The translations under genes and the position numbers were made by a program. The notes beneath the pieces were generated by a model. It was not told the origin of the DNA and did not search any database. It saw nothing but the letters and a program-made list of their open reading frames with translations. This document shows positions 9,586 to 18,905 of a stretch of DNA of 64,000 nt, in pieces (the stretch's first letter is position 1; each line of letters begins with the position of its first letter). This stretch comes from Rhodothermaceae bacterium (GTDB taxonomy: Bacteria; Bacteroidota; Rhodothermia; Rhodothermales; Bin80): contig VXSC01000002.1 of assembly GCA_009838195.1 (NCBI GenBank), forward strand, positions 4,456 through 68,455. The letters are read 5' to 3'.

Positions 9586-10814
9586 GGCACGAGCCGGTAC
9601 AACACATAAAGGTTGGACTGGATTTTGGTAATAATTCCAGGCTCGTGGGGCATCTAGCCCTACGGGGTCAGCAAGTATATTTTGAATATGATGCAGAATT
9701 CATACGTCGAGGTCTCAATCTGTCCCCTTTCCGGTTACCGTTAAAACCTGGAGTACAAACTTTCCATACACAACTTTTTGAAGGTCTACCGGGTGTATTC
9801 AACGATAGTTTGCCAGATGGTTGGGGGAGACTTTTGTTTGACAGGGCCATGCGTAAGCGAGGCATTTTGCCGCCGATGCTGAGTCCGCTTGACCGGTTGG
9901 CATATGTTGGCAAGGCTGGTATGGGAGCATTGATCTACGAACCGGATCACTCTGAAGCTGGGGAGGGAATCGGAATAGATCTTGACTGGTTTGCCGAGCA
10001 ATCTCAGAGTGTTTTGGAAGGCGAAGCTGAGGATGTTTTAGGCGAACTTCTGGCACTGAATGGGTCATCAGCAGGTGCGCGGCCAAAAGCACTGATCGGA
10101 TATAATCGTAAGGCCGGGCGCATCATTCACGGGAGTCAGGTTTTACCGAAAGGCTATGAACCATGGATTGTCAAATTTGCGAATTCACAAGATGGCCCTG
10201 ATGCGGGAGCCGTTGAATTTGTGTATTCAGAAATGGCGCGGCGAGCTGGACTTATGATTCCCGAGACATATCTATTTCCGGCGAAACAGGGGGCCGGATA
10301 TTTTGCGATCAAGCGCTTTGATCAAAATCAAAGCGGACGTTTGCATATGCACACCGCTTGTGGATTATTGCATTCGGACCATAGAATTCCAGCACTTGAT
10401 TATCACGACTTACTGGAACTCACTCTGCATCTGACACGCAGCATTCGGGAGTCAGAGAAAATATTCCAGTACGCGGTCTTCAACGTCATGGCACATAACC
10501 GAGATGATCATTCCAAGAATTTTTCATTTCTCATGGATGAAACGGGCGCGTGGAAAGTTTCGCCAGCCTATGATCTGACGTTCTCATATGGCCCGGGCGG
10601 GGAACAGAGCACTATGGTGATAGGAGAGGGCAAATCGCCAAGCATGGAACATCTTAGAGCGCTGGGGCGGCGTGCTGAAATAAGTGACGCCAAAACCGAA
10701 GAAATCCTTGGGCGGACAAAATATTCACTTGGAAGGTGGAGCGAACTGGCGAAGGTCCATGGAGTGAGGACGGCAACTCATGACCTGGTTCACGCGCAGA
10801 TTAACAGGCTTTGA
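9582..10814 (+). CDS. hipA: HipA-family serine/threonine kinase toxin
   Basis: 410 aa with an N-terminal HipA_N-like part (LPGVFNDSLPDGWGR). Also carries SSAGARPKA and the catalytic loop AHNRDDHSKNFSF (D-x-H-x-KN). Confidence 0.85.
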   Translation: MRHEPVQHIKVGLDFGNNSRLVGHLALRGQQVYFEYDAEFIRRGLNLSPFRLPLKPGVQTFHTQLFEGLPGVFNDSLPDGWGRLLFDRAMRKRGILPPMLSPLDRLAYVGKAGMGALIYEPDHSEAGEGIGIDLDWFAEQSQSVLEGEAEDVLGELLALNGSSAGARPKALIGYNRKAGRIIHGSQVLPKGYEPWIVKFANSQDGPDAGAVEFVYSEMARRAGLMIPETYLFPAKQGAGYFAIKRFDQNQSGRLHMHTACGLLHSDHRIPALDYHDLLELTLHLTRSIRESEKIFQYAVFNVMAHNRDDHSKNFSFLMDETGAWKVSPAYDLTFSYGPGGEQSTMVIGEGKSPSMEHLRALGRRAEISDAKTEEILGRTKYSLGRWSELAKVHGVRTATHDLVHAQINRL

Positions 10815-10891
10815 ATTAGGATGGGATTTGCGTAAATCGTATCCCACGACCCTGCTTCTCATTTTCGATCATCCTCACCACGGTGAGGTGG

Positions 10892-12052
10892 TCATGGGGA
10901 GGATGGTTTATTCGTGGCGGCTTCAAGGATCGCATATTCCTTATCTACTGCGGCATTAATTGAATCTAAAAGATTCTTCATGACATGATTGTCATCCAAT
11001 ACCCAACTGGTCTCGCATGCAAGGTATCCATAGCCGGGACCTTTTTCAATGGTTTCCAGGACAGGAAGAACATCGAGAGCGCGACCATGATAGGCCTTAC
11101 GTACTCCCATGAGCGGCATACGCAACTCCCGTACCTTGGCAAACTTTGTCAGGATCAATAACTTAGCCAGACCAAAAGGGAGTAATCGTCCGTCTGGAAG
11201 TCGTTGCAGTGCCGGATTGATATCTGGAAGGGTAACCGTAAATCCCACTGGCTTGCCATCCATTTCCACAAAGAAACACACCCTTGGATCTATGACCTGC
11301 TTCATTGCACTGGCCAGATGAGAAAATTCATGATCGGTAGCAGGCACAAATCCCCAGTTATCAGACCAAGCCTCATTGAAGATCTCCCGTACGGTCGCTA
11401 CCTCCTCGTCAAAGCGTGACATATCCAATGTGCGCAGTGACAGGCCTGGGTTTCGGCGACGGACAATGGCGGCTCCTCGTCTCAAGCGTTCAATTGCGAC
11501 GTGCTTACGGTGAATGTAGTAGGCCCACAAAGTCATGACGCGGGAAAACCCCCAGCGATGGAGATAATCCTCATAATAGGGCGGGTTGTATGCCATCATG
11601 ATTGAGGGGACCCGATCAAACCCGTCAACCAGAAGCCCGGATGTATCATTCAGGGAGGGGTTCACGGGTCCACGAATGGTTCGCATCCCTTGCTCCCGAA
11701 GCCAGGAAGCTGCGGCATCCAACAAGGCTTCAGCAATCCCAAAGTCCTCTTGAGTCTCGAAGAATCCAAAAAATCCGGCATCATCAGCATGCGTTTTCAA
11801 GTGCATACCATTGATGATCCCCGCAATTCGTCCTAAAACATGCCCTTTGGTATCGAGTGCAAGGAAGAGTTGCATCCGGCCATGCTCAAAGAATGGATTT
11901 TTTCGTGGGTTTAGGGTCTCAAGTTGATCGATACGAAGTGGAGGCACCCAGAACGGGTTGCCTCGATAGAAATCATACGGGAACTGGATAAAGCGCTTCA
12001 GATCCCGTCGTGACTGAACCGGTCGAATCACGCACGAAGGAGAAGCCGGCAT
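10892..12052 (-). CDS. GNAT-like N-acyltransferase family protein
   Basis: 386 aa. The C-terminal half has a GNAT-type beta4-alpha3 pattern (FFVEMDGKPVGFTV ... MGVRKAYHGRALDVL). The N-terminal half carries RGPVNPSLNDTSGLLVDGF ... AYNPPYY. It lies 3 nt downstream of the AOS gene. Confidence 0.55.
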   Translation of the reverse strand: MPASPSCVIRPVQSRRDLKRFIQFPYDFYRGNPFWVPPLRIDQLETLNPRKNPFFEHGRMQLFLALDTKGHVLGRIAGIINGMHLKTHADDAGFFGFFETQEDFGIAEALLDAAASWLREQGMRTIRGPVNPSLNDTSGLLVDGFDRVPSIMMAYNPPYYEDYLHRWGFSRVMTLWAYYIHRKHVAIERLRRGAAIVRRRNPGLSLRTLDMSRFDEEVATVREIFNEAWSDNWGFVPATDHEFSHLASAMKQVIDPRVCFFVEMDGKPVGFTVTLPDINPALQRLPDGRLLPFGLAKLLILTKFAKVRELRMPLMGVRKAYHGRALDVLPVLETIEKGPGYGYLACETSWVLDDNHVMKNLLDSINAAVDKEYAILEAATNKPSSP

Positions 12053-12055
12053 ACG

Positions 12056-13315
12056 CTAGATTGCATGGTTGTCCAGCACTCCATGCTTTTGTCCCACACG
12101 ATAGAAGGCCTCAAGGATTCTGTCCAGATCTTCATCGGTGTGTGTAGCCATATAAGATGTGCGCATGATATTCAGTCCACGCGGTACGGCACCCCGCCAC
12201 GGGATCACGGGGTTCACAAATACGCCCTCCTCAAGTAAGTCTGTCCAGAATTGAAATGCAGTCATCATATCATTGCCGATCACTACCGGAATGATCGGAG
12301 CTTCACTGGTCCAAACATCAAAACCAGCACTACGGAACCCTTCCCGCATATAGTCAGAAATTTGCCACAGTCGATCAAGCCGCCATGTTTCTTCCTGAAG
12401 AATGTCCAGACACTTGAGTACGGTGGCCACCATACTGGGGGGCATAGAAGCACTGAAGATGTGTGCACGAGCTGTGTGCCGGATATATTCAATCACGTCG
12501 TTATCTCCGGTGACAAAGCCCCCTAAAGAGGAAAAGCTCTTCGAAAAAGTGCCCGTAGTAAGGGGGACCTCATTACCTAACCCGAAGTACGCCGCGGATC
12601 CTTTACCCCCTGGACCAATGACGCCCACCGCATGGGCATCATCCAGCATAAGAGCAGCACCAAACTCATCGGCAAGTTTTACTAATTCGGGGACTGGAGC
12701 AATTCGACCACTCATTGAGAAGACTCCATCCGTAACAATGAGTTTATCAGCTTCGGGCTGTTCTGCCTCGGCTTTTTCGAGAAGCCGCCGCAGGTGGTTC
12801 ATGTCAAAATGACGATAGCGCCAGCAGTTTGCTGTACTCACTTGTGTCCCGGCTACAATGCAGGCGTGATTATCCTTATCCGAAAAAATTAGATCGTTCT
12901 TTGAAGTAATCCCCTGGATTACCCCCATATTCGTCATATAACCGGTTGAGAAAAGAACGCAGGCCTCTTTTTGCATAAAGGCTGCAAGTCGTGCTTCAAG
13001 CTCCAGGTGGATATCGAGCGTTCCGTTCAGAAAACGGCTTCCGGTACAACCTGTACCGTACCGGGCGATTGCCTCGTTCGCAGCTGCCTTGACACGTGGG
13101 TCACTGGTCAATCCGAGATAGTTATTTGATCCTGCCATAATGAGCTCACGGCCATCAATAAATGCCCGTGTTCCCTCGCTGCGCGAAATTGCGCGAAAGT
13201 AGGGATAGAGTCCGGCATCTTTTACTTCATTGATCAAGGCACCGGGCGCCATGAAAGCCCGCGTCTTCTCAAATATGGTCGGCTCTGCGGGAAGAGTATC
13301 GTTCGAATTAATCAT
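12056..13315 (-). CDS. PLP-dependent alpha-oxoamine synthase family enzyme (serine palmitoyltransferase / KBL / BioF-like)
   Basis: 419 aa carrying SNNYLGLTSDPRV, GTGCTGSRFLNGT, DDAHAVG and the PLP-lysine block GTFSKSFSSLGGF. Confidence 0.8.
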   Translation of the reverse strand: MINSNDTLPAEPTIFEKTRAFMAPGALINEVKDAGLYPYFRAISRSEGTRAFIDGRELIMAGSNNYLGLTSDPRVKAAANEAIARYGTGCTGSRFLNGTLDIHLELEARLAAFMQKEACVLFSTGYMTNMGVIQGITSKNDLIFSDKDNHACIVAGTQVSTANCWRYRHFDMNHLRRLLEKAEAEQPEADKLIVTDGVFSMSGRIAPVPELVKLADEFGAALMLDDAHAVGVIGPGGKGSAAYFGLGNEVPLTTGTFSKSFSSLGGFVTGDNDVIEYIRHTARAHIFSASMPPSMVATVLKCLDILQEETWRLDRLWQISDYMREGFRSAGFDVWTSEAPIIPVVIGNDMMTAFQFWTDLLEEGVFVNPVIPWRGAVPRGLNIMRTSYMATHTDEDLDRILEAFYRVGQKHGVLDNHAI

Positions 13316-13451
13316 GGAGGGTGATGGCGAGTCGGGAAAACAGGATGGATTCTGGAATTAAGAACTCGATATATTGCCTGGTTTGAAGCAGTAATGAATG
13401 AGATGGCAGCAACCAACTATCAGGGTGCGGGAATATGAGAAGCATACGATT

Positions 13452-13640
13452 CTATTCTGGCTGGGAAAAACGGTTCAGGATGAAATTCTCCCCCGGCTGT
13501 CCAAGGCTCGGATCTTGGAACATGTCACCGAATTTGGTCTTTATTCGCTGGTGACCCTGCCGTTGAAGCAAGGTTGCCTCATTCATAAAATCTCTCTTTA
13601 GAGGGGCCTGCTCACGAAATGCGTAGATGATGGATGCCAT
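13452..13640 (-). CDS. Hypothetical small protein (62 aa)
   Basis: The ORF starts 7 nt after the DUF5683 stop on the same strand. No recognisable motif. It may instead be non-coding leader or promoter space for the AOS gene. Confidence 0.2.
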   Translation of the reverse strand: MASIIYAFREQAPLKRDFMNEATLLQRQGHQRIKTKFGDMFQDPSLGQPGENFILNRFSQPE

Positions 13641-13646
13641 GGAGGT

Positions 13647-14267
13647 TTACCAAGTGAGTGTTAACCCAATCTGCTGCGGCCCCCCAGTCACCCGGGCAGT
13701 CAAAGACTCGTTTACGTCAAATTCTGCCAAATGTGCGCTCACATAGGCATCTATAACAGTGAACCCGTACCAGGCAATGGTGCCAAGGTACAATAGATCC
13801 CTGTTCCGTCGAAGCACATCTCGCTGTGCACGGAATTGGGGTTGGAGTCGGGCACGGCGTGCTGCGACTTCGTCAGGCATGAGAATCGATTCAGAACTTA
13901 ACTCTAAGACGCGCAGAAGCTCCGAATAGTCACTTTCATACTCAGGAAATATCGGAGTGCCATCCGGATTGGTCCGTGCTGTAAAGAGATATGCATGTCG
14001 ATACAGCCGATATCGCCGGTTCACCAACAGGGCAGAGCCCACAAAAGCTGCAAGTCCCACGTATACGATGGGGACTTTATAATACTCGCGGTTATACAGT
14101 TGTCCCCATCCTGGTACGAATGCACGACGCAAAGCTGAACGCGGATCTGGATGATGGAAATCAGGCATGATTACCGTTGTATCCGGTTGCCCAGTTGCCG
14201 GCACTGGTCCGATCATCCACAGAAACAGACACACGAAGAAGATTGCTTTCAGGAGCGGGTGAACCAT
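13647..14267 (-). CDS. DUF5683 domain membrane protein
   Basis: 206 aa with a signal/TM and the block FVPGWGQLYNREYYKVPIVYVGLAAF. It has the conserved position immediately after parB, as in Bacteroidota. Confidence 0.7.
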   Translation of the reverse strand: MVHPLLKAIFFVCLFLWMIGPVPATGQPDTTVIMPDFHHPDPRSALRRAFVPGWGQLYNREYYKVPIVYVGLAAFVGSALLVNRRYRLYRHAYLFTARTNPDGTPIFPEYESDYSELLRVLELSSESILMPDEVAARRARLQPQFRAQRDVLRRNRDLLYLGTIAWYGFTVIDAYVSAHLAEFDVNESLTARVTGGPQQIGLTLTW

Positions 14268-14270
14268 AAA

Positions 14271-15161
14271 TCAACCGGTCCCTTCAAGTAACTCAACGAT
14301 GCGGGATAGATCTTCTTCCGAATAGTAGTGAATTTCAATTCGGCCGCTTCCTTTGGCCTTATCTATGATCTGAACTTTTGTCCCCAAGTGCTTTCGGAGT
14401 TTATTTTCAAATTGGGCAAGGTACACCGAGGAGGGAGGAGTGTGTTTCTTCGATGTATCAGGTTGGCGCAAAAGGAGCTTTACCCGATGTTCAACGTCAC
14501 GTACACTGAGGTTCTTGCGTCGAGTTTCTCCAAAAAGCCGGTTGATTGCACGATCGTCACGGAGCGAGAGCAGCGCACGGGCATGGCCGGGTGTAACGAC
14601 ACCCTCCCGGAGCCCAATCTGGACCCGTGGGGGGAGGTGGAGAAGGCGTAAAAAGTTAGCGATGGTGGAGCGTTGTTTTCCGACTCGCTGAGCGACTTCC
14701 TCCTGGGTCAAACCATATTCCTCGATGAGTCTTCGATATCCCAGAGCAACCTCAATCGGGTTCAGCTCTTCGCGCTGAACATTTTCAACCAGGGCCATCT
14801 CCAGCATCCGCACGTCTTTGGCTGGGCGGATGTATGCCGGAATTTCTTCCAGACCAGCTAACTTTGCGGCCCTCAGCCGCCTCTCACCGCTGATGAGTTC
14901 AAACTCATCTCCCCTGGTTGCACGAACTGTGATTGGCTGAATAATGCCCAACTGCGCAATTGACTGCGAGAGTGATTCAAGAGCTTCTTCATTGAATTCC
15001 TGTCGGGGTTGGAACGGGTTCGGTTTGATCGAACCTACAGGGAGCTCAAAAATGCCTCCGACAAGCGAATGCGCATGTTCTTCGGAGCGCAGTTGCCCGT
15101 CATTACTAAGAATTGCATCCAGTCCACGTCCAAGGACAGACTTTGGGTTTGTCATATGCAA
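14271..15161 (-). CDS. parB: Chromosome partitioning protein ParB
   Basis: 296 aa carrying GRGLDAIL, IQPITVR, ELISGERRLRAAKLAGL and the HTH LTQEEVAQRVGKQRSTIANFLRLL. The start could be ATG 15155. Confidence 0.9.
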   Translation of the reverse strand: MHMTNPKSVLGRGLDAILSNDGQLRSEEHAHSLVGGIFELPVGSIKPNPFQPRQEFNEEALESLSQSIAQLGIIQPITVRATRGDEFELISGERRLRAAKLAGLEEIPAYIRPAKDVRMLEMALVENVQREELNPIEVALGYRRLIEEYGLTQEEVAQRVGKQRSTIANFLRLLHLPPRVQIGLREGVVTPGHARALLSLRDDRAINRLFGETRRKNLSVRDVEHRVKLLLRQPDTSKKHTPPSSVYLAQFENKLRKHLGTKVQIIDKAKGSGRIEIHYYSEEDLSRIVELLEGTG

Positions 15162-15252
15162 ACGGGAATAAGGTTAATATGGGACGCACTGACAACGTAC
15201 GTCAGGGCAACCACCGTAATTTAAGGTTCTGCTACATTTTCTAGCAGACACT

Positions 15253-16065
15253 CTAGCTATTCGATGGTGAAGTAAAGTTAGGGGGTTTTGTATTGGTAGT
15301 GGAGAGGCGTTGTATCATCTCTCGGGCGAGGGCCAGATAATTACGGGCTCCAGTGCTGGTGGCACTATGGAGCAGGACGGGTTTCCCAAAGCTGGGTGCT
15401 TCTGCAACCGTCACATTCCGATGGATGATAGTCCGGAATACTTGGTTACCGAAATAACGCTTCACCTCTGCTGCAACCTGTTTGGAGAGCCGTAGGCGTG
15501 AATCATAAAGCGTCAAGAGGACCCCCGCTATTTCAAGATCCGGGTTGAGTCCACCTCGTACGATTTTGATTGTGTTGAGTAGTAGTCCCAGTCCTTCAAG
15601 AGCAAAGTATTCTACTTGTACAGGGATAATCACGCTTTTGGCGGCCGTCAGTGCGTTGACGGTTAAGAGTCCAAGCGATGGCGGGCAATCAATAATGATA
15701 TAGTCATACTTTTCTGTCAGGTCTACGAGCGACTTTTTCAGAAGCTGTTCACGATCTCGGACACTGATGAGCTCAATTTCTGCACCTACCAGGTTGATAT
15801 TCGCAGGAAGTAAATCTAGATGAGGGACTTCTTCATTCGTGCGTAGGATATCATCAGGAGAATTCTTTCCAATGATTACCTCATAGACAGAGGGGCGGAC
15901 CTCTTTGGCATTATATCCCAGACTTGACGTACAGTTAGCCTGGGGATCTAGGTCGACCAGCAAGGTAGAATTCTCCAGCACTGCAAGTGAAACTGCAAGA
16001 TTGACGGCAGTGGTCGTTTTTCCCACACCGCCTTTTTGGTTAGCAATTGCAATGATCTGTCCCAT
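15253..16065 (-). CDS. parA: Chromosome partitioning ATPase ParA/Soj
   Basis: 270 aa with the deviant Walker A NQKGGVGKTTT, plus IIIDCPPSLG. Confidence 0.9.
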   Translation of the reverse strand: MGQIIAIANQKGGVGKTTTAVNLAVSLAVLENSTLLVDLDPQANCTSSLGYNAKEVRPSVYEVIIGKNSPDDILRTNEEVPHLDLLPANINLVGAEIELISVRDREQLLKKSLVDLTEKYDYIIIDCPPSLGLLTVNALTAAKSVIIPVQVEYFALEGLGLLLNTIKIVRGGLNPDLEIAGVLLTLYDSRLRLSKQVAAEVKRYFGNQVFRTIIHRNVTVAEAPSFGKPVLLHSATSTGARNYLALAREMIQRLSTTNTKPPNFTSPSNS

Positions 16066-16120
16066 CAGCGAAGGTACAGGTTGGATCTTAGTATTGGAGC
16101 TTGGTTACGCAGAAATGCAG

Positions 16121-16279
16121 TTAAAACAGAGAGTAGATAAATGGTGCCAGTGCCGAGCCCTGTGTCAAAACAATCAGAATGCTCAACAGCAACAAAACCA
16201 CTACAATCGGTGTTAGCCAATACTTCCTGCGCATCTGCAGAAATCGCAGGAATTCGACGGAAATTTTAAGTTTACTCAT
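16121..16279 (-). CDS. DUF5989-like small membrane protein (52 aa)
   Basis: Start trimmed to MSKLKISVEFLRFLQMRRKYWLTPIVVVLLLLSILIVLTQGSALAPFIYSLF. This matches the family pattern as I remember it (..RKK.WL.PI...LLL..L.VLT.GS...PFIY.LF). Confidence 0.55.
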   Translation of the reverse strand: MSKLKISVEFLRFLQMRRKYWLTPIVVVLLLLSILIVLTQGSALAPFIYSLF

Positions 16280-16452
16280 AAAAAACGCATAAAAAGAAGT
16301 GCTTCTTCTACGCAATGATTGTATCAAGTGTCCAAAGGTTCCAATGATTCCGCACAGTTCAGGAGTCAAACACAGAGAAACTGGGATATTTCGCAACACG
16401 ATTACCCAAACTGCGTAGGCATTAGCATGGGAGAGAACATGAGGTACTTGCT

Positions 16453-17682
16453 GTGATCCGTTTTTTCGTAGAAACCTGGGAGAGCTTATTCATTGCTCTG
16501 CGTTCTCTAAGTACGAATCGCCTACGTAGCGGGCTGACTATGCTTGGCATTGTCATCGGAATTGTGACCGTGACAGCAATGATCACAGTCATCAATGGAC
16601 TAGAGAACGCGATGGATAAATCGCTAGCTCTGTTGGGCACCAACGCAGTTTATATTGAAAAAACAGGCTGGTTTACAGAGCCAAGATTGAGGTCTCGTCA
16701 CTGGTCTCGGCCCGATTTACGGGCAGATTTGGCAGAGTACATCCGTGATCGGTCGGAGTATGCAGTTGCCGTAGCTCCTCTAGTACAGACAGGCCGTCCA
16801 ATACGTTATCGTGATCGCGCATTATACGGTGTATTTATTCAGGGATCTACCCCAGAGATTGCAAGTGTCGATGACGTAAAGCTTTCAGAGGGGCGATGGT
16901 ATAATGAACTTGATAATCTAGTCGGTCGCAATGTTGTCGTAATCGGCCATTCTGTAAATGAATCGCTGTTCCCGAGTGAAGAAGCGATTGGAAAGACAAT
17001 CAGGATCGGTGGAAAGAGGTTTGAAGTCATCGGAGTGCTGGAAGAGCAGGGCAAGTTCTTTGGAATGTTTTCATTTGATGAACAGGCGCAGATGCCAATC
17101 AGAACTTTCGAGCGGCATTTTGGGCGCTTTCGGAGTGTAACGATTAAGGTGAATGCAGAATCTAGTGAAACGGTACCACTACTTGAAGAAGAATTGACTG
17201 GAATCGTGAGAGCCGCCCGAGGACTTGATGCAATGGAGGAAAATAATTTCGAGGTGAATAAGACAGAGGCTTTCCGAGAGCAATTAGCAGCTGTCAAGAC
17301 GGTTGTCTACATGATTGGCATATTTTTGACGGGACTTGCATTGGTTGTGGGAGGAATTGGTGTAATGAACATCATGTTCGTAACCGTGAAGGAACGTACC
17401 AAGGAAATCGGGGTGCGTAAGGCTGTGGGAGCTAGCCGTCGGGCTATACTTTCACAGTTTCTGATTGAGGCCGTACTAGTGTGCATTGCCGCTGGGCTCA
17501 CTGGAGTCCTCCTATCCATCGGCGTGACGCAGATCATTAATCAATTCGTACCGGCATCATTTGCGTCAGGTACCGTCCTTCTTGCGTTTGGAATATGTGT
17601 GGGCGTTGGCGTGATATTTGGTGTCGTACCTGCTTGGAATGCTGCTCGAATGGATCCTATTGAAGCCCTTCGACATAGCTGA
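16453..17682 (+). CDS. ABC transporter permease, MacB/FtsX type
   Basis: 409 aa with an N-terminal TM and a periplasmic domain of about 230 aa. The C-terminal FtsX 3-TM module carries ERTKEIGVRKAVGA. GTG start. Confidence 0.85.
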   Translation: MIRFFVETWESLFIALRSLSTNRLRSGLTMLGIVIGIVTVTAMITVINGLENAMDKSLALLGTNAVYIEKTGWFTEPRLRSRHWSRPDLRADLAEYIRDRSEYAVAVAPLVQTGRPIRYRDRALYGVFIQGSTPEIASVDDVKLSEGRWYNELDNLVGRNVVVIGHSVNESLFPSEEAIGKTIRIGGKRFEVIGVLEEQGKFFGMFSFDEQAQMPIRTFERHFGRFRSVTIKVNAESSETVPLLEEELTGIVRAARGLDAMEENNFEVNKTEAFREQLAAVKTVVYMIGIFLTGLALVVGGIGVMNIMFVTVKERTKEIGVRKAVGASRRAILSQFLIEAVLVCIAAGLTGVLLSIGVTQIINQFVPASFASGTVLLAFGICVGVGVIFGVVPAWNAARMDPIEALRHS

Positions 17683-18905
17683 TGATAAACCTCGAATTCG
17701 TAAGTCTGGCCTGGGATGCAGTACGCAGCCATAAGCTGCGTTCAACGCTCACTTTATTGGGTATTGTTATAGGCGTCTTTGCCATTATTGTGGCAGTGAC
17801 CGCCGTACAGGTCGTGGAGACAAGGCTGGTGAACGCCGTTGAGTCTTTCGGAGCAACGACGTTCACCGTCTCCAGAACCGATGGCTTTAATCAATCCAGT
17901 TCCAGATTTCGTGCACGACGAAATCTCACGTACGATGACATGGTTAAGTATGCCGAACGGGCACGGCTCCCTTCTGCCGTCAGTCCTACCATGCAATTAT
18001 GGAGCCCTGTAGAAGGCCGTTATGGAGATCGTAAGACAGAAAACATCATTGAGAAACTCGGTGTGAATGAGCACTGGGTCTCTACGAATGGATTCGATAT
18101 TGGCCAGGGTCGAAATATGACGGAACTCGACGTAGAGTTAGGGCGAGACGTTGCGGTCATCGGGTACGATATTGGTGAACAGCTTTTTCCGAATATTAAC
18201 CCGGTGGGGAAATCCATTGTGATTGGTGGGAAACGCTATCAGATTGTCGGCGTGCTGGCGGAGAAAGGTGATGTTTTCGGCAGCAATGTTGATATCCTGG
18301 CACTGGTTCCCATTACAAATATGATACAGTCCTACAGTGCCGCACAGCGCAACATAGAGATCAAGGTGGAGACTCGTAGTATGGATGTAATTGACGAGGC
18401 AATGGAGGAAGCGATAGGAATCTTCAGGGTCGTCCGAAATGTCGAGCCTGGCGAGGAGAATAATTTTGAGGTTCAGAGTTCGGAAGCATTCCTGGATCAG
18501 GTTACCGGTTTTACAGGCCAGGTGAAGCTAGGGGGAGCCGTTGTTGGCTTGATTACGCTTCTTTCTGCAGGTATCGGTATCATGAATATTATGCTCGTAT
18601 CGGTTGCTGAGCGCACGAAAGAAATCGGAGTACGTAAGGCGGTTGGCGCACGTCGACGTGATGTTTTGAGCCAGTTCCTGTATGAAGCTATCTTTCTATG
18701 TCAGGTTGGTGGGATTACCGGTATTCTAGTCGGGGTTTTGGGTGGAAATGTTGTGGGGCAATTTTTTGACGTGTCTTTCGTATTTCCGTGGATGTGGGCG
18801 ATTGGTGCCGTACTTGGTGTTACATTGATCGCGATGGTATTTGGTGTCTATCCCGCATACAAGGCAGCGAGCCTTGATCCAATTGAATCTCTGCGTCACG
18901 AGTAA
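17682..18905 (+). CDS. ABC transporter permease, MacB/FtsX type (paralog)
   Basis: 407 aa with the same architecture (ERTKEIGVRKAVGA). The start overlaps the previous stop. Confidence 0.85.
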   Translation: MINLEFVSLAWDAVRSHKLRSTLTLLGIVIGVFAIIVAVTAVQVVETRLVNAVESFGATTFTVSRTDGFNQSSSRFRARRNLTYDDMVKYAERARLPSAVSPTMQLWSPVEGRYGDRKTENIIEKLGVNEHWVSTNGFDIGQGRNMTELDVELGRDVAVIGYDIGEQLFPNINPVGKSIVIGGKRYQIVGVLAEKGDVFGSNVDILALVPITNMIQSYSAAQRNIEIKVETRSMDVIDEAMEEAIGIFRVVRNVEPGEENNFEVQSSEAFLDQVTGFTGQVKLGGAVVGLITLLSAGIGIMNIMLVSVAERTKEIGVRKAVGARRRDVLSQFLYEAIFLCQVGGITGILVGVLGGNVVGQFFDVSFVFPWMWAIGAVLGVTLIAMVFGVYPAYKAASLDPIESLRHE

